From: Verrucomicrobiales bacterium
Lineage (GTDB): Bacteria > Verrucomicrobiota > Verrucomicrobiia > Verrucomicrobiales > V1-33
Assembly: GCA_031411295.1 (NCBI GenBank)
Contig: JANOAV010000206.1
Location: 1-58,831, forward strand
Direction of reading: 5' to 3'
Length of the DNA stretch: 58,831 nucleotides
Shown here: positions 1 through 9,641 of the stretch, piece by piece
Position numbering within the stretch: the stretch's first letter is position 1
How the letters are laid out: each line of letters starts with the position of its first letter
The notes under the pieces: model-generated
What the model was told of the DNA's origin: nothing
What the model saw: the letters and a program-made list of their open reading frames with translations, nothing else
Database searches by the model: none
Made by a program: the position numbers and the translations under genes

Positions 1-139
1 ACCTGTCCCTGCGTGCTTTGCGGACTGCGGATTAGGGCTTCAATGGTGACCTTTTCGTCGTTCGTTAAATTCAGCGGTTTGATGGAGCGGCTCATCCCCA
101 CTTATTTCACATTTGTTAACTATTGCAAGTAAGCACTAG
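1..139 (-). mobile_element. Left end of IS630-family insertion sequence; transposase N-terminus (ATG at 95) runs off the contig
   Basis: Exact reverse complement of 58692-58830. Begins at CTAG (136-139) and encodes MSRSIKPLNLTNDEKVTIEALIRSPQSTQGQ, resembling IS630 transposase N-termini. Confidence 0.8.
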
Positions 140-151
140 AAACCCAACCCG

Positions 152-865
152 GTGGCCACCTATAATAGCGGAGTTCGATACGGCACTTGTCGTTATGATG
201 AAGTGGACGCCCAACCTAAAAAAAGAGCCATGAGCAAAGTAAAATTGGAACTGAAACCGAAGACGGATTTGGAACTGCTGGCGACAGCGAACACCCACCA
301 AACCGCGATGGACACCACGGAAGGGGCGGCAAACTTCCCCACGCCCGAGCCACCAAAATTAACGCTGGAAACAGCGCGCGATGCTTTCGAAGCGGCAATC
401 ACGGCGGCAGGAGTGGCGGAGCAAGACTTCAAGGCAAAGGTGTCGCTAAAGAATGACAAACGCCGGGTGCTGGAAGGGCTGCTGACGGACCGTGGTGGCT
501 ACGTGGATCGCGTCAGCGGCGGGGATGCAACGAAGATCCTGACCTCTGGATTCGAGGTGCGGGCCACGCCGTCCCCCGTGGGTGCCATGACTGCCCCGCT
601 GCATCTGACAAGCAGCATGGGGGATATGTCGGGCGAAATAGATCTGCAATGGGACCCTGTCAAAGGGGCCAAATCCTACATTGTGGAATGCCGCACGCAC
701 GGGGCTACACCGGGATCGTGGACGCAGGCAAAGATCTGCACCAGCAGCCGAATCTCCGTTACTGGGTTAACGCCCGGTCAGGAATACGCCTTCCGGGTGC
801 GGGCCGTGGGTTCCGCAGGCGAAGGCCCCTGGAGTGATGAAACGGTGAAAATGGCTCCAGCCTAG
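152..865 (+). CDS. Fibronectin type III domain-containing protein (helical N-region + C-terminal FN3); alternative start ATG 230
   Basis: C-terminal LQWDPVKGAKSYIVE...VTGLTPGQEYAFRVRAVGSAGEGPWSD is a classic FN3 pattern. Confidence 0.85.
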   Translation: MATYNSGVRYGTCRYDEVDAQPKKRAMSKVKLELKPKTDLELLATANTHQTAMDTTEGAANFPTPEPPKLTLETARDAFEAAITAAGVAEQDFKAKVSLKNDKRRVLEGLLTDRGGYVDRVSGGDATKILTSGFEVRATPSPVGAMTAPLHLTSSMGDMSGEIDLQWDPVKGAKSYIVECRTHGATPGSWTQAKICTSSRISVTGLTPGQEYAFRVRAVGSAGEGPWSDETVKMAPA

Positions 866-870
866 TGGTT

Positions 871-956
871 GCGCCCCCGATCCCGATTCCGATCCCGGAG
901 GCGCGTTTCGCTTCCAGGATTGGGCTAGTAATGCGGGACGGGGGCGTCTCTTTCTT
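871..956 (+). terminator. Long GC-rich hairpin followed by a pyrimidine tract after the FN3 gene
   Basis: GCGCCCCCG..TCCCG..CCGATCC.GGAGGCG pairs with CGCTTCC.GGATTGG..CGGGA CGGGGGCGT, followed by CTCTTTCTT. Confidence 0.55.
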
Positions 957-1086
957 ACATTGTTTGGAACGAGGACGTTCCTACAGTGATGTTGTATTAC
1001 TTATCATAGTGTTCTGCCCCGGTTTGGGCGGTAACGTGCTTTTCGATTGAAGTGCTTTCTTATTTTACATTTAACACTGATTTACC

Positions 1087-1536
1087 ATGCCCTTTAACCC
1101 CGCTCTTCCGCTCAATGGCTCCGAGGTGGATGCCGCCGAACTCCGCTCCCAGTTTACCGGGCTGAAAAGCCTGATCGATGCCATTCCCGCAGGCCCAAGC
1201 GGTCCCGAGGGACCAGCAGGCCCTCAAGGTCCGGCGGGTCCGGCCTTTGCCAATGTGACGGTGGATTCTGTCACGACGGTGAGCCCGACGACTCCAGCCA
1301 GCGCTTCCGTTTTCTTCGATGGCTCGTTTGTCCACTTCAGCTTCAACATTCCCGTGGGTCAGGACGGGCTGACCGGCCCGCAGGGTGATGTTTCCTTCAT
1401 CCAACTCACCGATGCCATCAACACCACCTCCGCCAGCAGCAATGGCGTGGCTCTGCTGCTGCCAGCGCAGCCGAATCCCACGATTCTGGACGTGGCCTCG
1501 AAACTGGATGAGTTGATTCAGGCGCTGCGGAGGTAA
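1087..1536 (+). CDS. Small collagen-like (GXY) repeat protein
   Basis: Clean ORF with GPSGPEGPAGPQGPAGP and GQDGLTGPQGD, and a helical C-terminus (KLDELIQALRR). Confidence 0.8.
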   Translation: MPFNPALPLNGSEVDAAELRSQFTGLKSLIDAIPAGPSGPEGPAGPQGPAGPAFANVTVDSVTTVSPTTPASASVFFDGSFVHFSFNIPVGQDGLTGPQGDVSFIQLTDAINTTSASSNGVALLLPAQPNPTILDVASKLDELIQALRR

Positions 1537-1550
1537 GGGCCGAGGACGCA

Positions 1551-1796
1551 GCGGGAGCGCCCTGGACGGCAGGCGGCATGGATCAACTGCATTTTACAAA
1601 CACCGGAAACATCAGTCTAGCCAACGTCACGTTCTATAGCGACGCAGGCGTAACCGCCATCGGCACCGGCGGCGGCGGATTGGTCGGAAACGAACTCGTC
1701 CCTGTCCCAGAACCGAAGGCAGTGGTCGGCGGAATCCTTCTGGTGGCCTTAACCTGCTGGCGGGAGCGGAAACGCCGGATGCTGTTGGCGCGCTAG
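1551..1796 (+). pseudogene. 3' remnant of a PEP-CTERM protein gene (ORF 1578-1796)
   Basis: ELVPVPEP + hydrophobic helix + RERKRR. Similarity to the C-terminus of the 2808-aa protein extends upstream of the Met (GAPWTAGG). No signal peptide. Confidence 0.7.
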
Positions 1797-1974
1797 GCAA
1801 CAAGGATGGCTAGGTCCGGCCGAATTCATAACATTAAACCCGAAAAGGGCGTTTACAAAGGTAGTGCTGGATTTTAGTCCGTCCCCGTCAAACACAGAAG
1901 CGCTTTTTGCGTATAACAGAACTGTGTTCGCTTGATCGGTGTCCTCAGGGCGACAGGGGGCAGAAGAACTGGCA

Positions 1975-2204
1975 GTAGGAGTGATTATTCCACGCTTCAT
2001 GGTCTTGCAAGGAGGTGGCGCGAGGCTGAGCCCGAGCCAGTCGTGAGACCAAGCACCCAAATGCTAGACGGACGTTACTAGCGATGCTCGATCTGCGCGG
2101 GCAAGAAGTTGTGCGAATTTGCAAAATCAGCCTGACGAAAGCTCGGTCGCAGCCTCGCACCACCTCCCTGACAGGGCTGCTTGCGGTGGAATAATCACTC
2201 CTAC
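1975..2204. repeat. Nested inverted-repeat (REP/REPIN-like) element
   Basis: Perfect 19-bp IR GTAGGAGTGATTATTCCAC (1975-1993 / 2186-2204) encloses a 27-bp IR with 3 mismatches (2011-2037 / 2141-2167). Confidence 0.85.
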
Positions 2205-2327
2205 ACTTGCAGGAACGCGCACATCTTGTGGTGGACAAATGTTCACTGGTTGCAGACACTGCGCACTCCGGGGCAAATAGCGCTGGAATCATCACCCCGC
2301 CACCCCGCCACCCCATCACGATTCATC

Positions 2328-3659
2328 ATGCAAGACACACGCTCGCGAAAGCCTTGGTATCGCATGCTTTACCTCCAAGTTCTGCTGGCGGTGGTATTGG
2401 GGGTGGTGGTCGGGTATTTCTTTCCAGCGTTCGGTAAATCCCTCAAACCATTGGGCGATGGCTTCATCAAGCTGGTGAAGATGATGATCGCTCCGATCAT
2501 TTTCTGCACGGTGGTGCACGGCATCGCGTCCATGGGCGATCTGAAGAAGTTGGGACGCATCGGACTCAAGTCGCTGGTCTATTTTGAAGTGGTCTCCACG
2601 CTGGCACTGGTCATTGGGTTAATCGTAGTGAATGTCATGCAACCGGGCGCTGGCATCACGCCCCCGGGCGAGGTGTTCCATGCGGACAAGGAGGCGGTTA
2701 GTGCAAGTCAGGCATTTTCAGAAAAGGCCCACGCGCTCAGCACTACGGAGTTCATTCTCAACATTATTCCGAGCACGTTTCTGGGGGCGTTTGTCTCGGG
2801 CGATCTCCTCCAGGTGTTGCTGATTTCCATTCTGGTGGCCTTTGCGATTTCCTTCATGGGGGAACGCGGGCAACCGCTGCTGCATGTGATTGAATATGGG
2901 GGACAGGTCTTTTTTGGGGTGATGCATATTCTCGTGAAGGTAGCGCCCGTGGGGGCGTTCGGGGCCATGGGCTATACTGTGGGGGCCTTTGGCATCGGCA
3001 CGTTGAACAAATTACTGGCGTTGATGGCGGGGTTTTATTTAACGGCGGGCTTGTTTGTGATCATCGTGCTGGGCAGCATTGCGTGGTGGTGTGGCTTTTC
3101 GATCTTCCGTTTCCTGGGCTATATCAAAGATGAATTGCTGCTGGTGTTGGGGACCAGTTCTTCGGAAACGGCTTTGCCGGGACTGATCGCGAAAATGCAA
3201 CGGCTTGGCTGTGCGAAGTCCACGGTGGGGTTGGTCGTGCCCACGGGCTATAGTTTCAATCTGGATGGCACCAACATTTACCTGGCCATGGCGGCCGTGT
3301 TTCTGGCGCAAGCCACCAACACACCGCTCGATCTCTCGCAGCAAGTCAGCCTGTTAGTCATTGCTATGATTACCTCAAAGGGAGCCAGCGGGGTGACTGG
3401 AGCAGGGTTCGTCACGCTGGCGGCAACCTTGCAAGTGGTGCCGGGCATTCCCATTGAATCACTGGCGCTCTTGGTAGGAATCGACCGCTTCATGAGCGAG
3501 TGCCGGGCGCTGACGAATCTGATTGGCAACGGCGTGGCCACCATTGCCATTAGTCGCTGGGAAAAGGAAGTGAGCCCTGAAACCCTGCGCACCAATCTGC
3601 TGGCTGGGGCTGATGTCCAGGTGCCAGTGGTGGTTCCTGAATCGGTGGAGGAAGAATGA
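2328..3659 (+). CDS. dctA: C4-dicarboxylate transporter DctA (DAACS family)
   Basis: [48 protein letters not shown] and [11 protein letters not shown] motifs; likely start ATG 2328. Confidence 0.95.
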   Translation: MQDTRSRKPWYRMLYLQVLLAVVLGVVVGYFFPAFGKSLKPLGDGFIKLVKMMIAPIIFCTVVHGIASMGDLKKLGRIGLKSLVYFEVVSTLALVIGLIVVNVMQPGAGITPPGEVFHADKEAVSASQAFSEKAHALSTTEFILNIIPSTFLGAFVSGDLLQVLLISILVAFAISFMGERGQPLLHVIEYGGQVFFGVMHILVKVAPVGAFGAMGYTVGAFGIGTLNKLLALMAGFYLTAGLFVIIVLGSIAWWCGFSIFRFLGYIKDELLLVLGTSSSETALPGLIAKMQRLGCAKSTVGLVVPTGYSFNLDGTNIYLAMAAVFLAQATNTPLDLSQQVSLLVIAMITSKGASGVTGAGFVTLAATLQVVPGIPIESLALLVGIDRFMSECRALTNLIGNGVATIAISRWEKEVSPETLRTNLLAGADVQVPVVVPESVEEE

Positions 3660-4945
3660 CCACAGCCTTCGACAGCCTGATCCTCTTCACACGTCTGCCC
3701 GTGCCCGGTCAGGCGAAGACGCGTCTGATACCTGAACTTGGGGCGGAGGGCGCGGCGGCATTGCAACGTCGGATGACGCAGCAGGTGCTAGGTCGCGCCT
3801 GGACTTGGACGGTGGCCGATCCTTCGCTACGATTACGCATCGCTTATGACGGTGGCAGTGCGGCGGAGATGCGTGATTGGCTTGGACCACTGGATTTCGT
3901 GCCGCAGGGCGAAGGGGATCTCGGGGAGCGGATGCATCGATGTTGCCAACGGGAGTTCGATGCGGGAGCGCGCAGTGTGATGATCGTAGGCACGGATTGC
4001 CCGCAACTCGACGAGGCTCACTTCCGCGCAGCACGACTGGCCTTGCAGCAAACGCCAGTGGTCTTTGGTCCTGCCGAAGACGGTGGTTACTACCTCATTG
4101 GACTATCCCGACCGCTGCCTGCGCTTTTTACCGGGACGACTTGGAGCACCCATCAGGTGCTAGCCGAATCGTTGACGCGGGCTCAGCAACACGGCATTAC
4201 TCCTGCATTGCTAGCAACCTTACCGGATGTGGACGTTCCGGCAGATGTGGCTGCTGGTGAAATGGCCTTGGCACTGGGACGCACGGTTTCGGTGATCATT
4301 CCGACGCTGAATGAAGCGGAAAATTTAACCAGACTGCTCCCGCTGGTGCAGGCTGGCCAACCGCTGGAAATAATCGTTGGCGACGGAGGGAGCACTGACG
4401 CCACCGCTGAGGTTGCTAATGCGTTCGGGGCGAGGGTCATCAAAACCGAGCGCGGGCGGGCAAAGCAAATGAACGCTGCAGCCCGAGAGGCACGCGGAGA
4501 ATATTTACTCTTCCTCCATGCCGACACGTATCCCCCACCCCACTTCTGCCAACTGATCGCAGATCATCTCGCAGGAGCCGGAACTGCCGCTGGCGCTTTT
4601 CGCTTTGCGCTCCGGGAGCCAATCCGCGGTCGCACCCTGATTGAGAAATTCGTCGCGCTGCGGTGTGCTACGCGGCATTCCCCGTATGGCGATCAGGGAT
4701 TGTTCCTGCGTCGCGCTTTGTTTCTGGCGCAGGGAGGCTTTCCCGACTGGCCGATTCTGGAAGATGTGAAGTTGGTGCATCAATTGCGGAAGCTAGGGCG
4801 GATTGCCATTACTCCGGAAGCCGCGCAGACCTCGGCTCGACGGTGGCAAGAACAGGGAGTAGTTCCGACGTTCTTGCGTCATCAGCGGATTCTGTGGGGA
4901 TATGCTCTGGGAGTCCCGGTAGATAAACTGGTGGGTTGGCGTTGA
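3656..4945 (+). CDS. Fused TIGR04282-type (DUF2064) + TIGR04283-type GT2 glycosyltransferase
   Basis: N-half [40 protein letters not shown]-half [47 protein letters not shown]. Confidence 0.9.
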   Translation: MTTAFDSLILFTRLPVPGQAKTRLIPELGAEGAAALQRRMTQQVLGRAWTWTVADPSLRLRIAYDGGSAAEMRDWLGPLDFVPQGEGDLGERMHRCCQREFDAGARSVMIVGTDCPQLDEAHFRAARLALQQTPVVFGPAEDGGYYLIGLSRPLPALFTGTTWSTHQVLAESLTRAQQHGITPALLATLPDVDVPADVAAGEMALALGRTVSVIIPTLNEAENLTRLLPLVQAGQPLEIIVGDGGSTDATAEVANAFGARVIKTERGRAKQMNAAAREARGEYLLFLHADTYPPPHFCQLIADHLAGAGTAAGAFRFALREPIRGRTLIEKFVALRCATRHSPYGDQGLFLRRALFLAQGGFPDWPILEDVKLVHQLRKLGRIAITPEAAQTSARRWQEQGVVPTFLRHQRILWGYALGVPVDKLVGWR

Positions 4946-5116
4946 CTCTTACCGAAGGAACAGATGCGGAGAGAAACGGTAACCATGCGTTGCTGTGGAA
5001 TCGAATGGCAGTATGGTAGGTCGTCACCCCATTGCCGCACCGGCTAATTGGAGTATCGACGGATTGGATGTTTCCACCAGACTCAGTCTCAGAATTCTCA
5101 CCCACACAAAAATACC

Positions 5117-5995
5117 ATGAATACGCCCCCCGAACCGACTCCTTCCAGCGTGCTTTGTGGCACTGACTTCACACCCGCGGCAGGCCGGGCGGCAAATTTG
5201 GCGGCCGCACTGGCCAACGGTTGGCGGACGCCCTTGGATTTGGTGCATGCCAGTGTGATTCCCGCCTATCCGCCCATGGTTGACGAATTGGATGCCGAAG
5301 CCGCACGGTTGCGACTGGATGGCACGGAAGTTCGGCAAACGATGCTGGATGGGAATGCGGATGAAGCGTTGGTGCATTTCGCAGACACTCACAATTGTCG
5401 GCTCATCGTCGTTTCTGCCTTGGGGAAACGGGCCCCCGAGCGTTGGCTTCTGGGCAGCGTTTCCGAGCGCACGGCGGAGCGGGCATCGGTGCCAACGTTG
5501 GTGGTGCGAAATGCCGCCCCGCTGCTGGCATGGGCCCGCCGAGAGCAGCCCTTGCGGGTCTTTGTGGCCTTCAATTTGACACCCACCGCTGAGGCCGCAT
5601 TGCTCTGGACGAAAGCATTGCAAACCATTGCCCCCTGTCAAATCGAGGTGGGTTTCGTCGATTTTCCTCCGGAAGAACGGAATCGCTTGGGTGGCACCGG
5701 ACCGATTCCTTTGGTAGGTAATCCTCCAGCGGTGCAGAGCCTATTGGAAAATGAGGTCAAATCACGTGCCACAGCAATACTGGGCACCGATAAGTTCGCC
5801 ACCCACATTCAAGCCAATTGGGGCCGCCCGGACGCGGCCTTGGCGGAGATGGCCGAATCGGCCGGGGCGGACTTGATCGTGGTGGGATGCCACCAGTATC
5901 AGGGCTTTGAGCGACTCTGGCACGCCTCTGTTTCTCGGGGATTGCTGCATCGCGCCAAAGCGAACGTGGTGGTGGTGCCGATGGCTGCGGGTTAG
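5117..5995 (+). CDS. Tandem universal stress protein (two Usp domains)
   Basis: LCGTDFT, LIVV..G...WLLGSVSER...PTLVV and ADLIVVG...SVSRGLLH...VVVVP. Confidence 0.9.
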   Translation: MNTPPEPTPSSVLCGTDFTPAAGRAANLAAALANGWRTPLDLVHASVIPAYPPMVDELDAEAARLRLDGTEVRQTMLDGNADEALVHFADTHNCRLIVVSALGKRAPERWLLGSVSERTAERASVPTLVVRNAAPLLAWARREQPLRVFVAFNLTPTAEAALLWTKALQTIAPCQIEVGFVDFPPEERNRLGGTGPIPLVGNPPAVQSLLENEVKSRATAILGTDKFATHIQANWGRPDAALAEMAESAGADLIVVGCHQYQGFERLWHASVSRGLLHRAKANVVVVPMAAG

Positions 5996-6039
5996 GGTTG
6001 GGTGGCGGCAAAGACTGGTGGACGGCACGTCCACCCTCC

Positions 6040-6261
6040 TTAATTGCAGCCGCAGCCACCGCCGCCGACGCCTTTGCCGCCAGCGAAAGCTTCACGCGTG
6101 AACCAGACGTGTTCAGAAATAGAATCCGTTAGCGGATCACGCGCGGGGCGCATGATGTAGTCTGCCAGATGTCCGCGCTGCCAGGGTTTCACTGGCGTGG
6201 AGGAACAGGAGCAGGCGCTGAGGGCAGCGGCTAGGCAAAGGAGCAGGCGGAGCATTTTCAT
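6040..6261 (-). CDS. DUF4266-family small lipoprotein
   Basis: Lipoprotein-like signal, VKPWQRGHLA and C-terminal GGGGCGCN. Confidence 0.9.
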   Translation of the reverse strand: MKMLRLLLCLAAALSACSCSSTPVKPWQRGHLADYIMRPARDPLTDSISEHVWFTREAFAGGKGVGGGGCGCN

Positions 6262-6281
6262 GAGGTGGATGGAGGTGGGAT

Positions 6282-6779
6282 TTAGCCTAACAGGGCAGAA
6301 ATCTTGGCTTGAATTTCGGCTGCGTCCTTGGCGCGGAAGCCCTTATGGACGAGTTGAATGACGCCCTGTTTGTCGATCAGGAAGGAGGTGGGCATGGTGC
6401 TCACGTTGGCCGCAGCTACGAGTTTCTGGGCGGCATCTCGGACGACCGGGAAGCTCACCGGAGTCTTCTTGAGGAATGCCTGCATGGCCGCAGCTGTTTC
6501 ATCCACATTGATCCCCAGGACCGTGAATCCCTTTTTCGCAAATTCGGTTTGCCAACCGTCCAGCACCGGGAAGGAGGCCTTGCAGGGAGCACACCAGGAG
6601 GCCCAGAAGTCCAGATAGACGACCTTGCCCTTCAGCTTCGGCAAGGTGCCTTCCAATCCGAACGCGCCCAAGTCAGGCATGGCGCTTTTTTCCTGCCATC
6701 CTTCCGCAGCCATGAGTGATGGGGCGGTGCAGGCGGCCAAGATAGTGGATGTTTGCAGTAAGAAATGGCGACGTTTCAT
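6282..6779 (-). CDS. TlpA-family thioredoxin-like disulfide reductase
   Basis: KGKVVYLDFWASWCAPC and MPTSFLID; start MKRRHFL (twin-Arg-like). Confidence 0.92.
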   Translation of the reverse strand: MKRRHFLLQTSTILAACTAPSLMAAEGWQEKSAMPDLGAFGLEGTLPKLKGKVVYLDFWASWCAPCKASFPVLDGWQTEFAKKGFTVLGINVDETAAAMQAFLKKTPVSFPVVRDAAQKLVAAANVSTMPTSFLIDKQGVIQLVHKGFRAKDAAEIQAKISALLG

Positions 6780-6810
6780 GGGTGGTGGTGGGGATGGGGG
6801 TGGATGGTTG

Positions 6811-7815
6811 CTAGTTGTCCCAGCCAGCAGGGAGGACGCTGCGGCGGAAACCACGAGTTTCGTGAAGTTTATTTTTGTGCCAGAGGCAACCTTGCACTCC
6901 GGGGGTGCGTTCGAGCATGGCGATGGCATCCGGCCCGCCCAAGACCATGGCGGAGGTGGCAAGCATGCCGGCCTGAGTGCAGCGGGGCGCGATCACGGTG
7001 ACCGCTCGCGTGCCATTGGCGACGGGCCAGCCCGTGCGGCAATCCAAGATGTGTCCATAAGTGCGCCCTTCATGCTGAAAATAGCGACGGTAGTCCCCGG
7101 AGGTAGCCACGGCTCCGCCACTGCGCACGCGCAACCCCATGTAGCAGCGGTCATTGTCCAGTGGGTCCTCCAGTCCGATATACCACCCGCCGCCTTCCGG
7201 CGGCTCGCCTTGCACCGCAATATCGCCCCCGAGATCAATCATGACGTGCTTGAGCCCCAGGCCGATACCGATTTGCAGGAGGCAATCAACGGCTAATTCT
7301 TTCCCCACCCCGCCGAAATCCAATTTCATGCCGACCTCGGGCAGGAAAATTTTACGGGGAGTGCGTTGCACGCGTTTCCAGCCGATCCTCCGCTGCACGG
7401 CTGCGATTTCCTCTGCGGTGGGAAGACTCTCATGAGGTTGCTTCCAGTTCCAGAGTTCGCTTAAGGGCAGAGAGGTAGCATCGAAAGCACCTTGGGACAG
7501 GAAATGGAAGTGCTCGCACAAATCCAGTAACATGTCCGTCTGCGCATCGACGTCGGTCCAGCGCAGGCCTGCGTTGGCATTGATGCGGGAAATTTCGCTG
7601 TCCTCCAGAAAGCGCGAACAGCGGGCCTCAAAGTCCGCCAGCCAGCGGAACGCAGCCTGCTTGAATTGCTCGGCCAGCGGTTGCTCGCAGACGCCGAAGA
7701 AGAGTTCGCATTCCGATCCTAACGAGCGAAATTCCACCTCCCAGAAGCCCTCACCCACGTTTGTAAGTTTGGAAGCTTCCAGTTTCTCCAGCAACCTCTG
7801 GGCGGTGCTTGTCAT
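6811..7815 (-). CDS. apbE: FAD:protein FMN transferase ApbE
   Basis: SRF..DSEISRIN, GAFDAT, LDFGGVGKE..VD, GGDI, ATSGDYRR and HILDCRTGWP. Confidence 0.93.
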   Translation of the reverse strand: MTSTAQRLLEKLEASKLTNVGEGFWEVEFRSLGSECELFFGVCEQPLAEQFKQAAFRWLADFEARCSRFLEDSEISRINANAGLRWTDVDAQTDMLLDLCEHFHFLSQGAFDATSLPLSELWNWKQPHESLPTAEEIAAVQRRIGWKRVQRTPRKIFLPEVGMKLDFGGVGKELAVDCLLQIGIGLGLKHVMIDLGGDIAVQGEPPEGGGWYIGLEDPLDNDRCYMGLRVRSGGAVATSGDYRRYFQHEGRTYGHILDCRTGWPVANGTRAVTVIAPRCTQAGMLATSAMVLGGPDAIAMLERTPGVQGCLWHKNKLHETRGFRRSVLPAGWDN

Positions 7816-7821
7816 GAGGCC

Positions 7822-8913
7822 TTAAAATTGGAGGTGAACTCCTGCCGTGATGGAGTGAGCATCCGGGTAGGCAGACTGGGAGGTCTTGCCATCGGTGCCC
7901 CGGCTGATGTAGCGCTCGTAGCCGAGGTCCAAGGCCAGCTTGTCGGGAATCACATTCCAGCGCACTTGCAGTCCCAAGTTGAAGGTCTGCTCGGCAGAAA
8001 CCCGGTAATCACTGGAGTAATAATCCGGATCGCCCGAGAACTCGGTATCGTAGTAGTCCGCCGCAGACTGATCATAGAAGCGGAAGCTGGGACGGACGAC
8101 CACGGCTTTGTCCAGGAAATATTTATAGAGCGCAATGCTGGCGGTATGGGAGACACTGCCATGATCGTTATGGCCGAGGCGATAGGACACTTCCATGCTC
8201 AGACTGTCCGGGATCAGCTCCTGGGTCAGCTGGAGGTAGAGCATCTGTTCAAACTTCCGACCAGGACGGGATTCAAAGAAGACCTCGTTATCAATCAGCG
8301 CGCGTTTGTAGGGATCGTTGAGGAAACCTTGTTTCCAGCCGAGCCCCAGATTGACACTCAACAAGGTGTGCGGTCCCAGGATTTGATTTACGCCCAGAAT
8401 CCAGTCGTAACTGCGTTTGAGTTCGCTGAGATCCGAGCCATTGGCCCCCACGGTATCGTGAGTGTAGGCGAACCCCAGCACCAATTCGGTGTTCTTATCG
8501 TTCAATGAAATGGTGTCTGTAAACGAACCACCCATCGATAGGTAATCCGACTCATAACTATAGGAGAGTCCGCCCCGCAGGGAGTGGTCCCCTATTTTAC
8601 CAGTAAGCCCCAGAGTGGCGGCGTAACGTTCATCCTCGATCTCCACCACCGGCACCCCGGCACCACGAGTGGTGCCGGGTAAGCCAGTGGGTGAAGCTCC
8701 AGAGATGGAGCTGTAGAGCAGCGTTCCGTCAAGGATCAGCGAGTCGCTCAGATCCACGCTGAAGAGCGAGTAATCCGAGTCCACCCGGATCCGTCCGTTA
8801 TCCTCCTGATAGTATTGATAGCGTGACTCAAAGACGTTCTCGGCCAGGGCTGCGGAAAGCAGATACCCGTGGAGAATCGCCACCATGGTGGTAGCTTGAA
8901 GGGAGTGTTTCAT
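7822..8913 (-). CDS. DUF3570-family outer-membrane beta-barrel protein
   Basis: Signal peptide, ISGASP, YESDY.S, GFLNDPYK, YSSDYR and terminal Phe; operon context with apbE/TlpA/DUF4266. Confidence 0.85.
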   Translation of the reverse strand: MKHSLQATTMVAILHGYLLSAALAENVFESRYQYYQEDNGRIRVDSDYSLFSVDLSDSLILDGTLLYSSISGASPTGLPGTTRGAGVPVVEIEDERYAATLGLTGKIGDHSLRGGLSYSYESDYLSMGGSFTDTISLNDKNTELVLGFAYTHDTVGANGSDLSELKRSYDWILGVNQILGPHTLLSVNLGLGWKQGFLNDPYKRALIDNEVFFESRPGRKFEQMLYLQLTQELIPDSLSMEVSYRLGHNDHGSVSHTASIALYKYFLDKAVVVRPSFRFYDQSAADYYDTEFSGDPDYYSSDYRVSAEQTFNLGLQVRWNVIPDKLALDLGYERYISRGTDGKTSQSAYPDAHSITAGVHLQF

Positions 8914-8988
8914 GGGAACAGGCAACCAGAAGCCGCCATGGATCAGGGATGAATCAATCTAGGGATGAAGATGACAAAAACACGGGAA

Positions 8989-9222
8989 TTAGGAAGCGTG
9001 GCTCTTCTTCTTTTTCTTCTTCTTTTTCTTATCGACGGTGAAGTCTTCCTTGGTGCCGCCAGTGCCAGGTAGGTAGGAATCTTCCTCGTTGTCTTGATCG
9101 GTGTAGCCATCCATGCTAAACTCAGTGAAACGCTGGATGGATGATTTAGTTAGCAGGACTGCTTTGACGGAATCTAAGATCCCGACCAACAGGACGCAGG
9201 AGAGAATGCAAATGGTCTTCAT
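8989..9222 (-). CDS. Small secreted/membrane peptide with acidic core and poly-Lys tail
   Basis: Hydrophobic N-terminus, co-oriented upstream of the DUF3570 operon; no recognised family. Confidence 0.5.
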   Translation of the reverse strand: MKTICILSCVLLVGILDSVKAVLLTKSSIQRFTEFSMDGYTDQDNEEDSYLPGTGGTKEDFTVDKKKKKKKKKSHAS

Positions 9223-9641
9223 ATTTATGGGGGGTAGGTTTTAGTATTTGGGGTATCAGTATTTGGGGTATCGACGCTGGGCCAGAGTTACCGCAATTCC
9301 GCAGATTTGACAAGTGAACGGCTATTCATCCACTGAGCATTTTCGTAACAGAACTGTCAGCATTTGGTCAGAGCATGATGGGGCCCATCTTATTCCGAAA
9401 AAATTTGCTTTGACCTGCATGATTTTGAGGAAATTACGTGACATGCTAGGAGTTTGCCCCCGATCTCACGTCGCTGCCCCGTGGCAAAATTTTTGCGAAT
9501 TGTTCCAGCCCGAAGCTCTGAAATCGGGCAGAATTAAGGAGTCGCCAAGATTTGACCTCTTAATTCTAAAATTTCTTATTGCAAAAATCAACAAACCTAA
9601 GATATTTATGGTAATTCTGGTAATTTTATCCAATATAAAAA

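Noticed and set aside
123..166. Hybrid IS promoter (TTGCAA in IS + TATAAT in flank)
   Set aside because: The spacing is 32 bp, far from the ~17 bp needed.
1749..2319. ORFs 1749-2060 and 1945-2319, and the long N-terminal extension of dctA
   Set aside because: They run across the palindromic repeat element and have no protein-like features.
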